Assembly: GCA_016219925.1 (NCBI GenBank)
Contig: JACRJU010000015.1
Span: 4,672-68,671, forward strand
Reading direction: 5' to 3'
DNA from: Candidatus Uhrbacteria bacterium
GTDB lineage: Bacteria > Patescibacteriota > Patescibacteriia > UBA9934 > GWF2-40-263
Length of the DNA: 64,000 bases
The position numbers were made by a program, and so were the translations under genes. Every line of letters starts with the position of its first letter. Position 1 is the first letter of the stretch. Under the pieces are notes generated by a model, which ran no database searches, was not told the DNA's origin, and saw only the letters and a program-made list of their open reading frames with translations. Below are positions 37,036-46,644 of this stretch, piece by piece.

Positions 37036-39021
37036 ATGAACTTCAAACTCCATTCCTCTTATCAACCAGCTGGTGATCAACCAAAAGCGATTGAACAGCT
37101 TGTGGATGGCCTTGACGCAGGTGAACGTTCTCAAACTTTGCTCGGGGTTACCGGTTCAGGAAAAACTTTCACCATCGCCAATGTGATCGAACGCGTTCAG
37201 CGACCAACATTGGTGATTGCGCACAACAAAACTCTCGCGGCCCAGCTCTGCAATGAATTTCGCGAGTTTTTTCCGGAGAACGCTGTGGAATATTTTGTAA
37301 GCTACTACGATTATTATCAACCGGAGGCGTACATGCCACGCACCGATACGTACATCGAAAAGGAAGCCATGATCAACGAAGAAATCGATCGCCTCCGCCA
37401 TGCGGCCACGCAAGCTTTATTGAGTCGGCGCGATGTGATCGTTGTCGCTTCGGTGTCTTGTATTTATAACTTGGGAAGTCCAAAGGCGTACGAACGTGAA
37501 ATGTTGCATGTGGCCGAAGGACAAAGAGAACCCCGTGAAAACATCATCCGTCGACTCATCGAAATGCAATTTGAACGAACGAATGCGGATTTGACGCGCG
37601 GACATTTTCGTATGCATGGCGATGTGCTCGAACTGATGCCGATGAATCAAGAAGTGTTGTATCGCCTGTTGATGGAAGACGAGGAGATCATCACGATTCA
37701 GGAACTTGATCCGATCACGCGAAAAATCAAACAAGCCGTGCACGATATCTGGGTCTTTCCAGCTAAGCACTATGTCGTTTCAACCTCCGCCCAGAAAGAC
37801 GCGATTCATGCTATCCGACACGAACTTGCGGGACGGTTGAAAGAACTCGAAGCGGCCGGATTGGTGCTTGAAGCCGAACGGTTGAGTCGTCGCACACGCT
37901 ACGATCTTGAATTGATCGAACAGATCGGTTATTGCAACGGCATCGAAAATTATTCGCGCTACTTTGACGGGCGAGCGCCTGGGGAATCTCCTCAAACACT
38001 CATGGATTATTTCCCAGAAGATTTTTTAATGGTGGTTGATGAATCGCATGTGACGATTCCGCAGGTTTCGGGAATGTACAACGGCGATCAGGCGCGCAAG
38101 AAAACTCTGATCGAACATGGGTTTCGTCTTCCGTCCGCTTTAGACAATCGTCCGCTGCAGTTTAAAGAATTTGAAGGCAAATTTTCTCAAGTGATCTTCA
38201 CGACCGCCACTCCCGGCCCGTACGAAAAAAATGTTTCTTCGCGTGTAGTCGAACAGATCATTCGGCCGACGGGCTTGGTGGATCCAAAAATTTTTGTGCG
38301 GCCGGTATCGGGTGAGGTGGGGCAGGTTGAAGATCTGATCAAGGAAATCGAGAAGCGCGCGGCGAAGAAAGAGCGCGCGCTGGTGACGACGCTGACCAAG
38401 AAAATGGCGGAAGACCTTACGGAATTTTTGCAAGAGAAGGGGATCAAAGTTCAGTATCTCCATTCGGATGTCGAAACGCTGGATCGCATTACCGTGCTCA
38501 CGGATTTGCGTCGCGGCGCGCACGATGTGGTCGTCGGGGTGAACTTGCTTCGCGAGGGGCTGGATCTTCCGGAAGTGACGCTTGTGGCGATTTTGGATGC
38601 GGATAAAGAGGGATTCCTGCGTTCAGAGACGTCTATTATCCAAACGATCGGGCGCGCGGCGCGTAATGTGAACGGAGAAGTCATTTTGTATGCCGATGAA
38701 TTGACCGGTTCGCTCAAACGCGCGATTAAAGAAACCGATCGTCGTCGCAAACTCCAAGTGGCGTATAACGAAGCGCATGGTATTACTCCTGAAACGGTGC
38801 ACAAAGCGATTGGCGATATTCGCGCGATGCTTGGAGGTGAGGAGGAAAAACAAACGAACGATGTGCTCGCGCTTGAGTTGACTGCCGAGCCGCATGAAAT
38901 TGAAGAGGTTATCAAAGAAAAAGGTCACGAGATGCGGGAGGCCGCGCGTAAACTGGATTTTGAAACCGCGGCGCTCTTGCGGGACGAAATTACTCTGCTC
39001 AAGAAAGAATTGAAAAAGTAA
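37036..39021 (+). CDS. uvrB: Excinuclease ABC subunit B
   Basis: It has [10 protein letters not shown], helicase motifs, and the C-terminal UVR domain (…[19 protein letters not shown]). Confidence 0.95.
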   Translation: MNFKLHSSYQPAGDQPKAIEQLVDGLDAGERSQTLLGVTGSGKTFTIANVIERVQRPTLVIAHNKTLAAQLCNEFREFFPENAVEYFVSYYDYYQPEAYMPRTDTYIEKEAMINEEIDRLRHAATQALLSRRDVIVVASVSCIYNLGSPKAYEREMLHVAEGQREPRENIIRRLIEMQFERTNADLTRGHFRMHGDVLELMPMNQEVLYRLLMEDEEIITIQELDPITRKIKQAVHDIWVFPAKHYVVSTSAQKDAIHAIRHELAGRLKELEAAGLVLEAERLSRRTRYDLELIEQIGYCNGIENYSRYFDGRAPGESPQTLMDYFPEDFLMVVDESHVTIPQVSGMYNGDQARKKTLIEHGFRLPSALDNRPLQFKEFEGKFSQVIFTTATPGPYEKNVSSRVVEQIIRPTGLVDPKIFVRPVSGEVGQVEDLIKEIEKRAAKKERALVTTLTKKMAEDLTEFLQEKGIKVQYLHSDVETLDRITVLTDLRRGAHDVVVGVNLLREGLDLPEVTLVAILDADKEGFLRSETSIIQTIGRAARNVNGEVILYADELTGSLKRAIKETDRRRKLQVAYNEAHGITPETVHKAIGDIRAMLGGEEEKQTNDVLALELTAEPHEIEEVIKEKGHEMREAARKLDFETAALLRDEITLLKKELKK

Positions 39022-39026
39022 TCAGT

Positions 39027-41564
39027 ATGCAAGACAAAATCATCATTAAAGGGGCGCGGGAGCATAATCTCAAAAATATTTCGCTTGAACTTCCGCGCAA
39101 CAAATTGGTGTGCATGACGGGGGTTTCAGGTTCGGGCAAGTCGAGTTTGGCGTTTGATACGATTTTTGCAGAAGGCCAGCGTCGTTATGTGGAATCGCTT
39201 TCCGCGTACGCGCGGCAATTTTTGGGTCAGATGGAAAAGCCGGACGTGGATGACATTGAAGGATTGTCGCCGGCGATTTCCATTGATCAAAAAGCGCATT
39301 CGAACAATCCTCGATCCACCGTCGCCACCATCACGGAAGTCTACGATTATTTGCGCGTTCTGTTTGCGCGCGTCGGGCGGCCGCATTGCGTGACGTGCGG
39401 GCAAGAGATTCAAAAGCTTACGAACGAGGAAATGGTGGATGTGGTATTGGAAAGGCTTAAAGGGCAAAAAGGAACGAAAGGGATGATCAAAATTCTGGCA
39501 CCGGTCGTTCTTGGCCGCAAAGGGGAGTATTACCAGCTGTTATACGATTTATATAATTCTGGATTTGCGCGCGTGCGCATTGATGGCAAAGAGTATCGGC
39601 TCGATCAACAGATTAAACTCGCCCGTTATCAACAACACACGATTGAAGTCGTGGTGGATACGATCCCCGTCGTCGATCTCTCTGATGGCGTCGATCAGAC
39701 GAAGACTGGTCGTCAGCGTCTTGCCGAAGCGCTTGAAACCGCCATTAGTCGCGGCAATGATGTGGCGACGATCGTCTATCCTGACGGAAAAGAGCAGATG
39801 CTTTCGGCAAAATTCAGTTGTCCAAAAGATGGTTTTTCTTTTCCAGAAATTGAACCGCGCTTGTTTTCATTTAACTCGCCCTATGGGGCCTGTCAGGCCT
39901 GTACCGGGCTTGGGACGGCTGAATTATTTAGCGAGGAGTTGTGTCCGGTGTGTATGGGCGCGCGTTTGCGAAAAGAATCCTTGTACGTGTGGCTGCCTGG
40001 CAGGGAGGAGAAGGGGGTTTCGATTGTGGATGTCACACGTATGTCCATTGACGAAGCGGTCGGCTATTTTTCTTCCATCTCCCTGACAGAAAAACAACAA
40101 GAAATATCGGGGTCGATTTTGAAAGAAATCCAGGGACGGTTGCAGTTTATGTTGGATGTCGGCTTGCATTATCTGACACTCAACCGCATGGCCGGCTCGC
40201 TCTCCGGCGGCGAAGCTCAGTGTATTCGTCTCGCTTCGCAAGTCGGCACGCGATTGGTCGGAGCGATGTATGTGCTTGATGAGCCCACGATCGGGCTTCA
40301 TCAACGCGACAACGATCGTCTCATTCGTACGCTCGAGCATCTGCGCGATTTGGGCAACACTGTGATCGTTGTCGAGCATGATGAGGACACGATTCTCGCA
40401 TCTGACTATATGGTGGAAATCGGGCCGGGGGCTGGACGTCATGGTGGCGAGGTGGTAGCGGCTGGAGCGACGCCGAAGATTTTTGAAGATAAAAAATCGT
40501 TGACCGCGGCGTATTTGCGTGGCGACCAGAAGATTGAAATTCCCAAAGAGCGTCGCACCATTGGCAAGGATGCCATTAAAATCAAAGGCGCTTCACAGAA
40601 TAATCTCAAAAATATTGATGTGGAGATTCCTCTGCGCCGTTTTGTGTGCGTCACGGGTGTTTCGGGTTCAGGCAAATCAACCCTCGCGTATGAGACCATG
40701 TATAAAACCATCGCGAAACGTCTCTATGGCAGTAAACACACCCCCGGTGCGCACAAATCTTTGTTGGGCATCGAGTATATCGACAAGGCGATTTTGATTG
40801 ATCAGTCGGCGATCGGTCGCACCTCGCGCTCCAATCCCGCTACTTATACTGGTGCCTGGGGACCGATTCGAGAGCTGTTTGCTCTGACGGCTGAAGCGCG
40901 CTATCGCGGCTACAAAGTCGGTCGGTTCAGTTTCAATCGGCCTGGTGGTCGATGCGAGCATTGCGAAGGTCATGGCATGATTGCGATCGAAATGCACTTT
41001 TTGCCGACGGTGTATGTGAAGTGTGACGTGTGCAAAGGGCGGCGGTTCGATCGTGAGACGTTGGAGATCGCATACAAGGATAAAAATATTTTTCAAGTGC
41101 TCGAGATGACCGTGGAAGAGGCGCGAGAGTTTTTCAAAGACATTCCAGCCATTGAAGATAAGCTTTCTACACTCAATGACGTTGGATTGTCGTATGTAAA
41201 GCTCGGTCAACCAGCGCCGACATTATCTGGGGGTGAAGCCCAGCGCGTGAAGCTCTCTACAGAACTTTCCAAGCGTCAGACCGGCCGCACGCTTTACTTG
41301 CTTGATGAGCCGACAACCGGTTTGCATTTCGCGGATGTGAAAAAATTGCTCGAAGTGCTTCACATGCTTGTTGACAAGGGAAATTCCGTGATTGTAATCG
41401 AACACAATTTGGACGTGATCAAGACCGCTGATTGGATTATTGATCTGGGACCGGAAGGGGGAGATTTGGGCGGCGAGGTGGTGTTCGCGGGAACTCCGGA
41501 GGAGATCGTCCGTCATGCAAAAAGTTACACCGGGCAGTATCTGAAGCGGGTGTTAAAGAGGTGA
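39027..41564 (+). CDS. uvrA: Excinuclease ABC subunit A (845 aa, shorter than typical ~940 aa)
   Basis: Two ABC modules are present: [14 protein letters not shown] with [12 protein letters not shown], and [14 protein letters not shown] with [12 protein letters not shown]. Zinc-finger Cys pairs are present. Confidence 0.95.
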   Translation: MQDKIIIKGAREHNLKNISLELPRNKLVCMTGVSGSGKSSLAFDTIFAEGQRRYVESLSAYARQFLGQMEKPDVDDIEGLSPAISIDQKAHSNNPRSTVATITEVYDYLRVLFARVGRPHCVTCGQEIQKLTNEEMVDVVLERLKGQKGTKGMIKILAPVVLGRKGEYYQLLYDLYNSGFARVRIDGKEYRLDQQIKLARYQQHTIEVVVDTIPVVDLSDGVDQTKTGRQRLAEALETAISRGNDVATIVYPDGKEQMLSAKFSCPKDGFSFPEIEPRLFSFNSPYGACQACTGLGTAELFSEELCPVCMGARLRKESLYVWLPGREEKGVSIVDVTRMSIDEAVGYFSSISLTEKQQEISGSILKEIQGRLQFMLDVGLHYLTLNRMAGSLSGGEAQCIRLASQVGTRLVGAMYVLDEPTIGLHQRDNDRLIRTLEHLRDLGNTVIVVEHDEDTILASDYMVEIGPGAGRHGGEVVAAGATPKIFEDKKSLTAAYLRGDQKIEIPKERRTIGKDAIKIKGASQNNLKNIDVEIPLRRFVCVTGVSGSGKSTLAYETMYKTIAKRLYGSKHTPGAHKSLLGIEYIDKAILIDQSAIGRTSRSNPATYTGAWGPIRELFALTAEARYRGYKVGRFSFNRPGGRCEHCEGHGMIAIEMHFLPTVYVKCDVCKGRRFDRETLEIAYKDKNIFQVLEMTVEEAREFFKDIPAIEDKLSTLNDVGLSYVKLGQPAPTLSGGEAQRVKLSTELSKRQTGRTLYLLDEPTTGLHFADVKKLLEVLHMLVDKGNSVIVIEHNLDVIKTADWIIDLGPEGGDLGGEVVFAGTPEEIVRHAKSYTGQYLKRVLKR

Positions 41565-41592
41565 TGTGTGAGACGGAATGGCTTCCCCTTGG

Positions 41593-41665
41593 GGTACGAT
41601 GATATGAACACAGGTGAATCACGGGAGGAACCCTATGGATTCCCCTGTGTTCATATCATCGTACC
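41593..41665 (+). repeat. 22-bp perfect inverted repeat (hairpin) just downstream of uvrA
   Basis: GGTACGATGATATGAACACAGG at 41593-41614 pairs with CCTGTGTTCATATCATCGTACC at 41644-41665. The loop is 29 nt. Confidence 0.8.
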
Positions 41666-41784
41666 AACGGATTGTTTGCCGGTCATCTTCACGTTGTCCA
41701 TGTTGATGAAAAGAGATCAGGGCATGTCACAAATCCGTCTCATGAATGGTGATGATGTAAGAGCGGGATCTGTCCGTGTACGCC

Positions 41785-41935
41785 GGCCAGTGGGGGCCCG
41801 GCTGGCCATTTCCCCATCCGTGCTCGCAAGCTGCGCGCGGATGGGAGCCCCATGGCCGCCTGCCCACTAGCCGTGACGGCTTATTCATTCGCAATGCGAC
41901 TTGATTGCCCGAGCTTGTCGAGGGCTGCTCTTGCA
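41785..41935 (+). repeat. GC-rich ~150-bp element A (long imperfect hairpin); inverted copy of 47821-47961
   Basis: The reverse complement of 47821-47961 matches this segment with only a few mismatches. Internally it contains CCAGTGGGG…CCCACT and CCATCCG…CGGATGG stems. Confidence 0.8.
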
Positions 41936-42095
41936 ATGCGGCGTAGTCCATGCCTCCTCGATATAATCAATCATTCCTCACCGAACGAGCGGGGGGCGTC
42001 GGTCAGGTCTGTACTGATCTGTAATTTGTATCTACCGCAAGCGCAAATAAAAACAGGCGAGAGTGTACCCACCTGTTTCTTCACCTGGTTCTTTG

Positions 42096-42650
42096 TTACT
42101 TTACTATCAGAACTCCCTCCATGCCGTTGGCCCGATGAGAGCCGACGTCGCAGTAGAACGCGTAGGTTCCTGGCTTCGTTGGCGCATTGAATGTCACGGC
42201 TTCGCCTTGCTTAATGGCATACTTCAGACCAATTTCGTCAATGACGAACGTGTGAAAGCCGTTGTTCTTTGTGAAGGTGATTTGCATTTTCTCGCCCGGC
42301 TTGGCTGTGAGCGACTTTGGCACAAACGAAAAGTTGGCCGCCTCCATATTGACTTTTTGAGTGGCGCCACCGAGCGAAATGTCGGTTACAGGTACGCCGT
42401 CTTCTGAAGTCGGCTGAGTCGCTTCGTCGTTTTGTGGAGTGATCGTTGCCGAGATATTGCCGGACTGGACAACGGTTTCGCCCTGCTCGTTTTCTTGGAC
42501 TTTTTCTTGTGCGCTTTCGGAGGCTTCTTCGCCGGCCTGATCGAGCGTATTTGGTTGAGAATCGGCAAGAGGAGCTTTTACGGAAGCCGCGGGGGCACAG
42601 CCAGCACCAATGAGCGCAAGGGCTGGCAACAAAAGGAGGTACTTGAGCAT
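42096..42650 (-). CDS. Lipoprotein with type-1 copper (cupredoxin/plastocyanin-like) domain
   Basis: The lipobox is LIGAGC. At the C-terminus, NNGFHTFV…YAFYCDVGSHRANGMEGVLIV supplies the His, Cys, His and Met ligand pattern of blue copper proteins. Confidence 0.7.
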   Translation of the reverse strand: MLKYLLLLPALALIGAGCAPAASVKAPLADSQPNTLDQAGEEASESAQEKVQENEQGETVVQSGNISATITPQNDEATQPTSEDGVPVTDISLGGATQKVNMEAANFSFVPKSLTAKPGEKMQITFTKNNGFHTFVIDEIGLKYAIKQGEAVTFNAPTKPGTYAFYCDVGSHRANGMEGVLIVK

Positions 42651-42678
42651 AAGAGAGATAATGAGTTAATGGTGCCGT

Positions 42679-42860
42679 TATAGTCATCACATTATGAAAC
42701 GGGACTCGATAAACGGTAAAAATTTCACAGGACTTGTTTTTCACTGATAAAAATACTCTCGGTATCTACGGATACCGTTCGCATTTTTATCAGCTCCAAA
42801 ACGGCGTTCTGTAAAATTTTTCCTCGTTTCTAAGTCCCGTTTCATAATGTGATGACTATA
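42679..42860 (+). repeat. 182-bp near-perfect palindromic element (28-bp terminal inverted repeats plus nested 11-bp and 7-bp inverted repeats); MITE-like
   Basis: The terminal repeats TATAGTCATCACATTATGAAACGGGACT at 42679-42706 and AGTCCCGTTTCATAATGTGATGACTATA at 42833-42860 are perfect. Nested inside are CTGATAAAAAT/ATTTTTATCAG and CGGTATC-TAC-GGATACCG. The arms between the repeats are also largely complementary. Confidence 0.8.
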
Positions 42861-42908
42861 GGTTAACATCGTTGTGCGGGGCCCGCAACAAGAAAACGTC
42901 AATGAATT

Positions 42909-44237
42909 ATGATCCCAGGATATATCGCAATAAGGAACAAAACGTTGCCGGATGAACCCGGAGTCTATTTTTATTATGACGTCGCGGGCAAGCTCCTCTA
43001 TGTAGGGAAAGCCACTTCTTTGCGCTCACGCGTCGGTTCCTATTTCACCAAAGCGCATGAAAATCGTATTGCCGATATGGTGGCACAGATCCAGCGGATC
43101 GATTATATTGTCACGCCGACCGTGATTGAAGCTTTGGTACTCGAGGCCAATCAAATCAAAGCCAAGAAACCCAAATACAATATTCTCCAACGCGACGACA
43201 AGAGTTTTTTGTATTTGGTGATCACGAACGAGCCGTATCCAAAACCCGTTTTGATGCGTGGGCATGAGCTCGAGCGATTGGGAATTGATCCCTTTAGAAC
43301 CGCCCTGACGGCGCAAGCCAAGAGAAAATTTTTGCGCGTATTTGGCCCGTATCCCTCTGGGGCTTCGCTTAAAAAAGCCCTCGATCTCATCCGTCGAGCC
43401 ATCCCGTGGAGCGATTGCAATCCACCATCAGTGACCGGCCGCCACCGCCCATGCTTCAACGTTCATCTCGAAAAATGTCCGGGCGTCTGTACGGGAGCCA
43501 TCACCCAAAAAGCGTATCGTGCCATCATTCGCCAGCTCGTTCTTTTTTTTGATGGAAAGAAAAAGGTTTTGATGCGCGCGATGGAGCGTAATATGAAGCG
43601 TGCAGCTGATGCGTTGAAATTCGAAGAGGCGGCCGCGATACGCCGACACGTATATGCTCTTCAACATATTCAAGACGTGGCGCTGATTTCGCGTGAGGAT
43701 ATTGAGTTGCCGTATGCGACATCAGTGTCGGACGAGGCTGTTGATCTTGATGGACGAATTGAAGCTTACGACATCAGCCATATCTCCGGGACATCCGCCG
43801 TTGGCTCAATGATTGTTTTTGAAGAGGGGAAGCCAACCAAGTCGCTCTATCGTAAGTTCAAAATTAAAACAGTGATCGGTCCAGACGATGTGGGGATGCT
43901 TGAAGAAATGATGCGTCGTCGATTGGCGCGAACAAAAATCGCGCCGAAGGCCTGGCCCTTGCCGCAGATCATGGTGATTGATGGCGGGGAGGGGCAGGTG
44001 CGGCGCGTGCAGGATGTCATGAATGAATTGGGAATCCAGGTTCCTCTCATGGGGATCGCAAAAGGATTTGATCGTAAACAGGATCGTTTGGTGTTTGATC
44101 ATTCAAATCTCGAGCTTCTGCGAGTGGCGAAGCGTGGCAAAGAGTTGTTTCAGTGGGCGCGCGACGAGGCGCATCGGTTTGCGGTTTCGTATCACCGATC
44201 TTTGCGTTTAAAGCGTTTTTTTGGCGCGAAGCGTTGA
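42909..44237 (+). CDS. uvrC: UvrC-like excinuclease (GIY-YIG N-terminal domain; 442 aa, lacks the usual C-terminal extension)
   Basis: PGVYFYYDVAGKLLYVGKATSLRSRVGSYF is the canonical GIY-YIG start of UvrC. The Cys-containing region (CPGVC) and the RNase H-like UvrC region follow. Confidence 0.75.
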   Translation: MIPGYIAIRNKTLPDEPGVYFYYDVAGKLLYVGKATSLRSRVGSYFTKAHENRIADMVAQIQRIDYIVTPTVIEALVLEANQIKAKKPKYNILQRDDKSFLYLVITNEPYPKPVLMRGHELERLGIDPFRTALTAQAKRKFLRVFGPYPSGASLKKALDLIRRAIPWSDCNPPSVTGRHRPCFNVHLEKCPGVCTGAITQKAYRAIIRQLVLFFDGKKKVLMRAMERNMKRAADALKFEEAAAIRRHVYALQHIQDVALISREDIELPYATSVSDEAVDLDGRIEAYDISHISGTSAVGSMIVFEEGKPTKSLYRKFKIKTVIGPDDVGMLEEMMRRRLARTKIAPKAWPLPQIMVIDGGEGQVRRVQDVMNELGIQVPLMGIAKGFDRKQDRLVFDHSNLELLRVAKRGKELFQWARDEAHRFAVSYHRSLRLKRFFGAKR

Positions 44238-44732
44238 AAGCTGGCTGACTTGGAAACCAATCATGTCGGAAGGGAGATCGTTGAGAGGGTGAAACATCCC
44301 CTCGACGGGTTCAAACAGGAGACTGACTTCCATCACATGGAACAGATGCAGAGTGCGGCCACAGGGATGATCGTCATCGAACTGCATAGCGAGATATCGC
44401 GGTTGTGCCGGAAGCGGGCTTACACCGAGTTCCTGTTCCCATCGCGTGGTGATGCGTTCTATAGTGTCGGTAATGCGCGCGATCGTTCCGGGGAAATGCC
44501 ATAAGTGTGGCCATGCCGGATCATTCGGCTCGCGGCGTGTGAGCAAAATTTCTTTGCCGGAAGGCGTTTGGCGAATAATGAGCAGTTCAAAAGCGGCGTA
44601 CGGCACCACATGGGTCAGTTCGCGAAAGGCGTAAAGGGGAAGCTGACCTTCTCGTTTTGCGAAGGTTGCGAGATAATGCAGTTGTCGCTTGCACAACGGC
44701 TCAAGGAGTTTTAGAAAAATCCATTCCATCAT
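44208..44732 (-). CDS. NUDIX-fold protein with degenerate Nudix box
   Basis: The pattern ILLTRRE…W.FPGT…IERITTRWEQELGV resembles the NUDIX fold (W.lPGG…RE..EE.G) but has substitutions at the catalytic positions. Confidence 0.35.
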   Translation of the reverse strand: MMEWIFLKLLEPLCKRQLHYLATFAKREGQLPLYAFRELTHVVPYAAFELLIIRQTPSGKEILLTRREPNDPAWPHLWHFPGTIARITDTIERITTRWEQELGVSPLPAQPRYLAMQFDDDHPCGRTLHLFHVMEVSLLFEPVEGMFHPLNDLPSDMIGFQVSQLSTLRAKKTL

Positions 44733-44984
44733 ATGAAAAGACAAGGGTACCATCGTCTCGCTGAAATTTTGGGTTGGTATGGCGTGGCGGCCGTGTTAGT
44801 GGCCTATGCCGCGATCAGCCTCGGTTGGCTTTCCCGTGAGCATACATTCTATCATATCCTCAATGCCACAGGTGGAGCGGGAATTTTAATCGATGCGTGG
44901 TTCGATCGCAATTATCAACCCGTGGTGTTGAATGCGATTTGGGTGATTGTGGCGTTGATCGCGCTTGCTCAAATTGTTTTGTAA
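44733..44984 (+). CDS. Small hypothetical membrane protein (two TM helices)
   Basis: It is an 83-aa ORF with two hydrophobic helices, followed by a terminator at 45005-45025. Confidence 0.4.
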   Translation: MKRQGYHRLAEILGWYGVAAVLVAYAAISLGWLSREHTFYHILNATGGAGILIDAWFDRNYQPVVLNAIWVIVALIALAQIVL

Positions 44985-45004
44985 CATGATGAAGTTTTTA
45001 TCCA

Positions 45005-45025
45005 CAGGCCGCAAGGCCTGTTTTT
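45005..45025 (+). terminator. Rho-independent terminator
   Basis: CAGGCC GCAA GGCCTG is followed by TTTTT. Confidence 0.65.
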
Positions 45026-45077
45026 ATTTTAAGCTAAAATAAGCGAAATAAAAGTGATAGAAAAATGGAAAAAAGTG

Positions 45078-45140
45078 TTGACGGGTGTTTAAGGGTGGAA
45101 TAAAATGGATGCAGGTGGAACAAAGTGGGGATTGGAACAG
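45078..45140 (+). promoter_or_regulatory. mraZ promoter (TTGACG, 17 bp, TAAAAT) with downstream GTGGAA/GTGGGG direct repeats (candidate MraZ operator)
   Basis: TTGACG is at 45078-45083 and TAAAAT at 45101-45106. GTGG(A/G)(A/G) repeats start at 45095, 45115, 45125 and 45133, spaced about 10 or 20 bp apart. Confidence 0.5.
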
Positions 45141-45200
45141 TCGTTCCGATGCTCACTTTATTTTCTAAAAAGTGACCTTCCACCTCCCACTCCGCGCCGT

Positions 45201-45632
45201 ATGTTTATTGGCGAGTACAAGCACACGCTGGACGACAAGGGCCGCATCGCGGTTCCGAAGAAGTTCCGCAAACAGCTTTCGCGCGGGGCGGTGGTGACCA
45301 GAGGTCTCGACACGTCCCTCTTCCTGTTCCCCAAGGAGGAGTGGGACAAGCTTGCGGAGCGTTTAGCAAGTTTGCCCCTGGGGCAGTCCAACAGCCGTGC
45401 CTTCGCCCGACTCATGCTTGCGGGTGCTATGGACATTGCATTGGACAAACAGGGGAGGGTCGTGTTGCCGGAATACCTCCGAGAGTACGCCGGGATGAGC
45501 AAGAACATCATTCTGGCTGGTCTGTACAATCGTCTCGAGTTGTGGGATGAGGCGAAATGGGAAACATACAAGAAACGTGTGGAGAGCGATGCTGATAGCG
45601 TCGCGGAGAAATTGGGGGAGTTGGGATTTTAG
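45201..45632 (+). CDS. mraZ: Transcriptional regulator MraZ
   Basis: MFIGEYKHTLDDKGRIAVPKKFR…LDKQGRVVLP shows the duplicated MraZ/SpoVT-AbrB-like motifs. The gene is visibly GC-rich. Confidence 0.85.
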   Translation: MFIGEYKHTLDDKGRIAVPKKFRKQLSRGAVVTRGLDTSLFLFPKEEWDKLAERLASLPLGQSNSRAFARLMLAGAMDIALDKQGRVVLPEYLREYAGMSKNIILAGLYNRLELWDEAKWETYKKRVESDADSVAEKLGELGF

Positions 45633-45718
45633 CTAAAGGGGTAGCGGGCTTTGGGGCGACTTCTATCGCCATAAGGCCGGCTACCCAACCTTCGGCAGTC
45701 GCCGAAGCATAAGGGGGA

Positions 45719-46618
45719 GTGGGACCCAATATGTCAACAACACATATTCCAGTCCTCCTTCAAGAGGTGCTTACGTACCTCCAACCGGAGCCGAACCAAT
45801 CTTTCATTGACGGTACCGTGGGGCAGGGGGGACACGCTGAGGCTTTGCTTGAGCGCGTTCTCCCTGAGGTCCGTCAGACCGTTAGATATCTTGCGATCGA
45901 TCGCGATGCAAGCAATCTTGCGGTCGCGAAAGATCGGCTTTCTCGTTTCGGCGCGTCAGTCGTGTCTGTGCATGACCGTTACGCCAACGTTAAAGCGTGC
46001 GCGTATGCTCATCACTTTACGGCCGTCGATGGAATCCTTCTGGATCTTGGGTTCAGCTCTATTCATGTAGATGATCCAAGTCGCGGTTTCTCCTTTCGGT
46101 CTGATGGACCGTTAGATATGCGTTATGACGTGTCTGGTGGCCTGACGGCTGCGGACATCGTCAATACGTGGAGTGAAGATGAGCTGGCACGCGCGTTTCG
46201 ACAATACGGGGAAGAGACCAAGGCGCGAGACGTCGCAAAAGCGATTATCGCGCGACGCAAAAAGCGTCCATTTGAACGGACGCTTGAGCTTTCCGAGTGT
46301 GTGCAGAAAGTGGTCCCGAAGCGAGGACAGATTCATCCGGCGACGCGCGTGTTTCAAGCCTTGCGCATTGCCGTCAACGATGAGTTGGGCGAGCTCACAC
46401 GAGCCTTGCCGGATCTCGTCGATCTGCTTCGCCCCGGCGGCCGGCTGGCGATCATCACCTTCCATTCGTTGGAAGACCGCATCGTCAAGACGTTTATGAA
46501 AGAGCGTCTTGATCTGCGGGTGCTGACGCGCCATGCGATCAAGCCATCGATCATGGAAGTGCGGGAAAATCCCCGCGCCCGCAGCGCCAAATTGCGCGTT
46601 GCGGAAAAAATTTCTTAA
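45719..46618 (+). CDS. rsmH: 16S rRNA (cytosine1402-N4)-methyltransferase RsmH (MraW)
   Basis: It has HIPVLLQEVL, DGTVGQGGHAEALL, and DLGFSS. Confidence 0.9.
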   Translation: MGPNMSTTHIPVLLQEVLTYLQPEPNQSFIDGTVGQGGHAEALLERVLPEVRQTVRYLAIDRDASNLAVAKDRLSRFGASVVSVHDRYANVKACAYAHHFTAVDGILLDLGFSSIHVDDPSRGFSFRSDGPLDMRYDVSGGLTAADIVNTWSEDELARAFRQYGEETKARDVAKAIIARRKKRPFERTLELSECVQKVVPKRGQIHPATRVFQALRIAVNDELGELTRALPDLVDLLRPGGRLAIITFHSLEDRIVKTFMKERLDLRVLTRHAIKPSIMEVRENPRARSAKLRVAEKIS

Positions 46619-46644
46619 TTCTCGATCACATACGTCCCCACCGT

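Noticed and set aside
41568-42190. ORFs 41568-41870, 41727-41951 and 41852-42190, and the matching ORF 47879-48229 that encodes the same GRRPWG…HGWGNGQPGPHWP peptide.
   Set aside because: They are translations of the GC-rich inverted-repeat elements. The same DNA appears inverted at two loci, and nucleotide-level palindromy explains the apparent peptide conservation.
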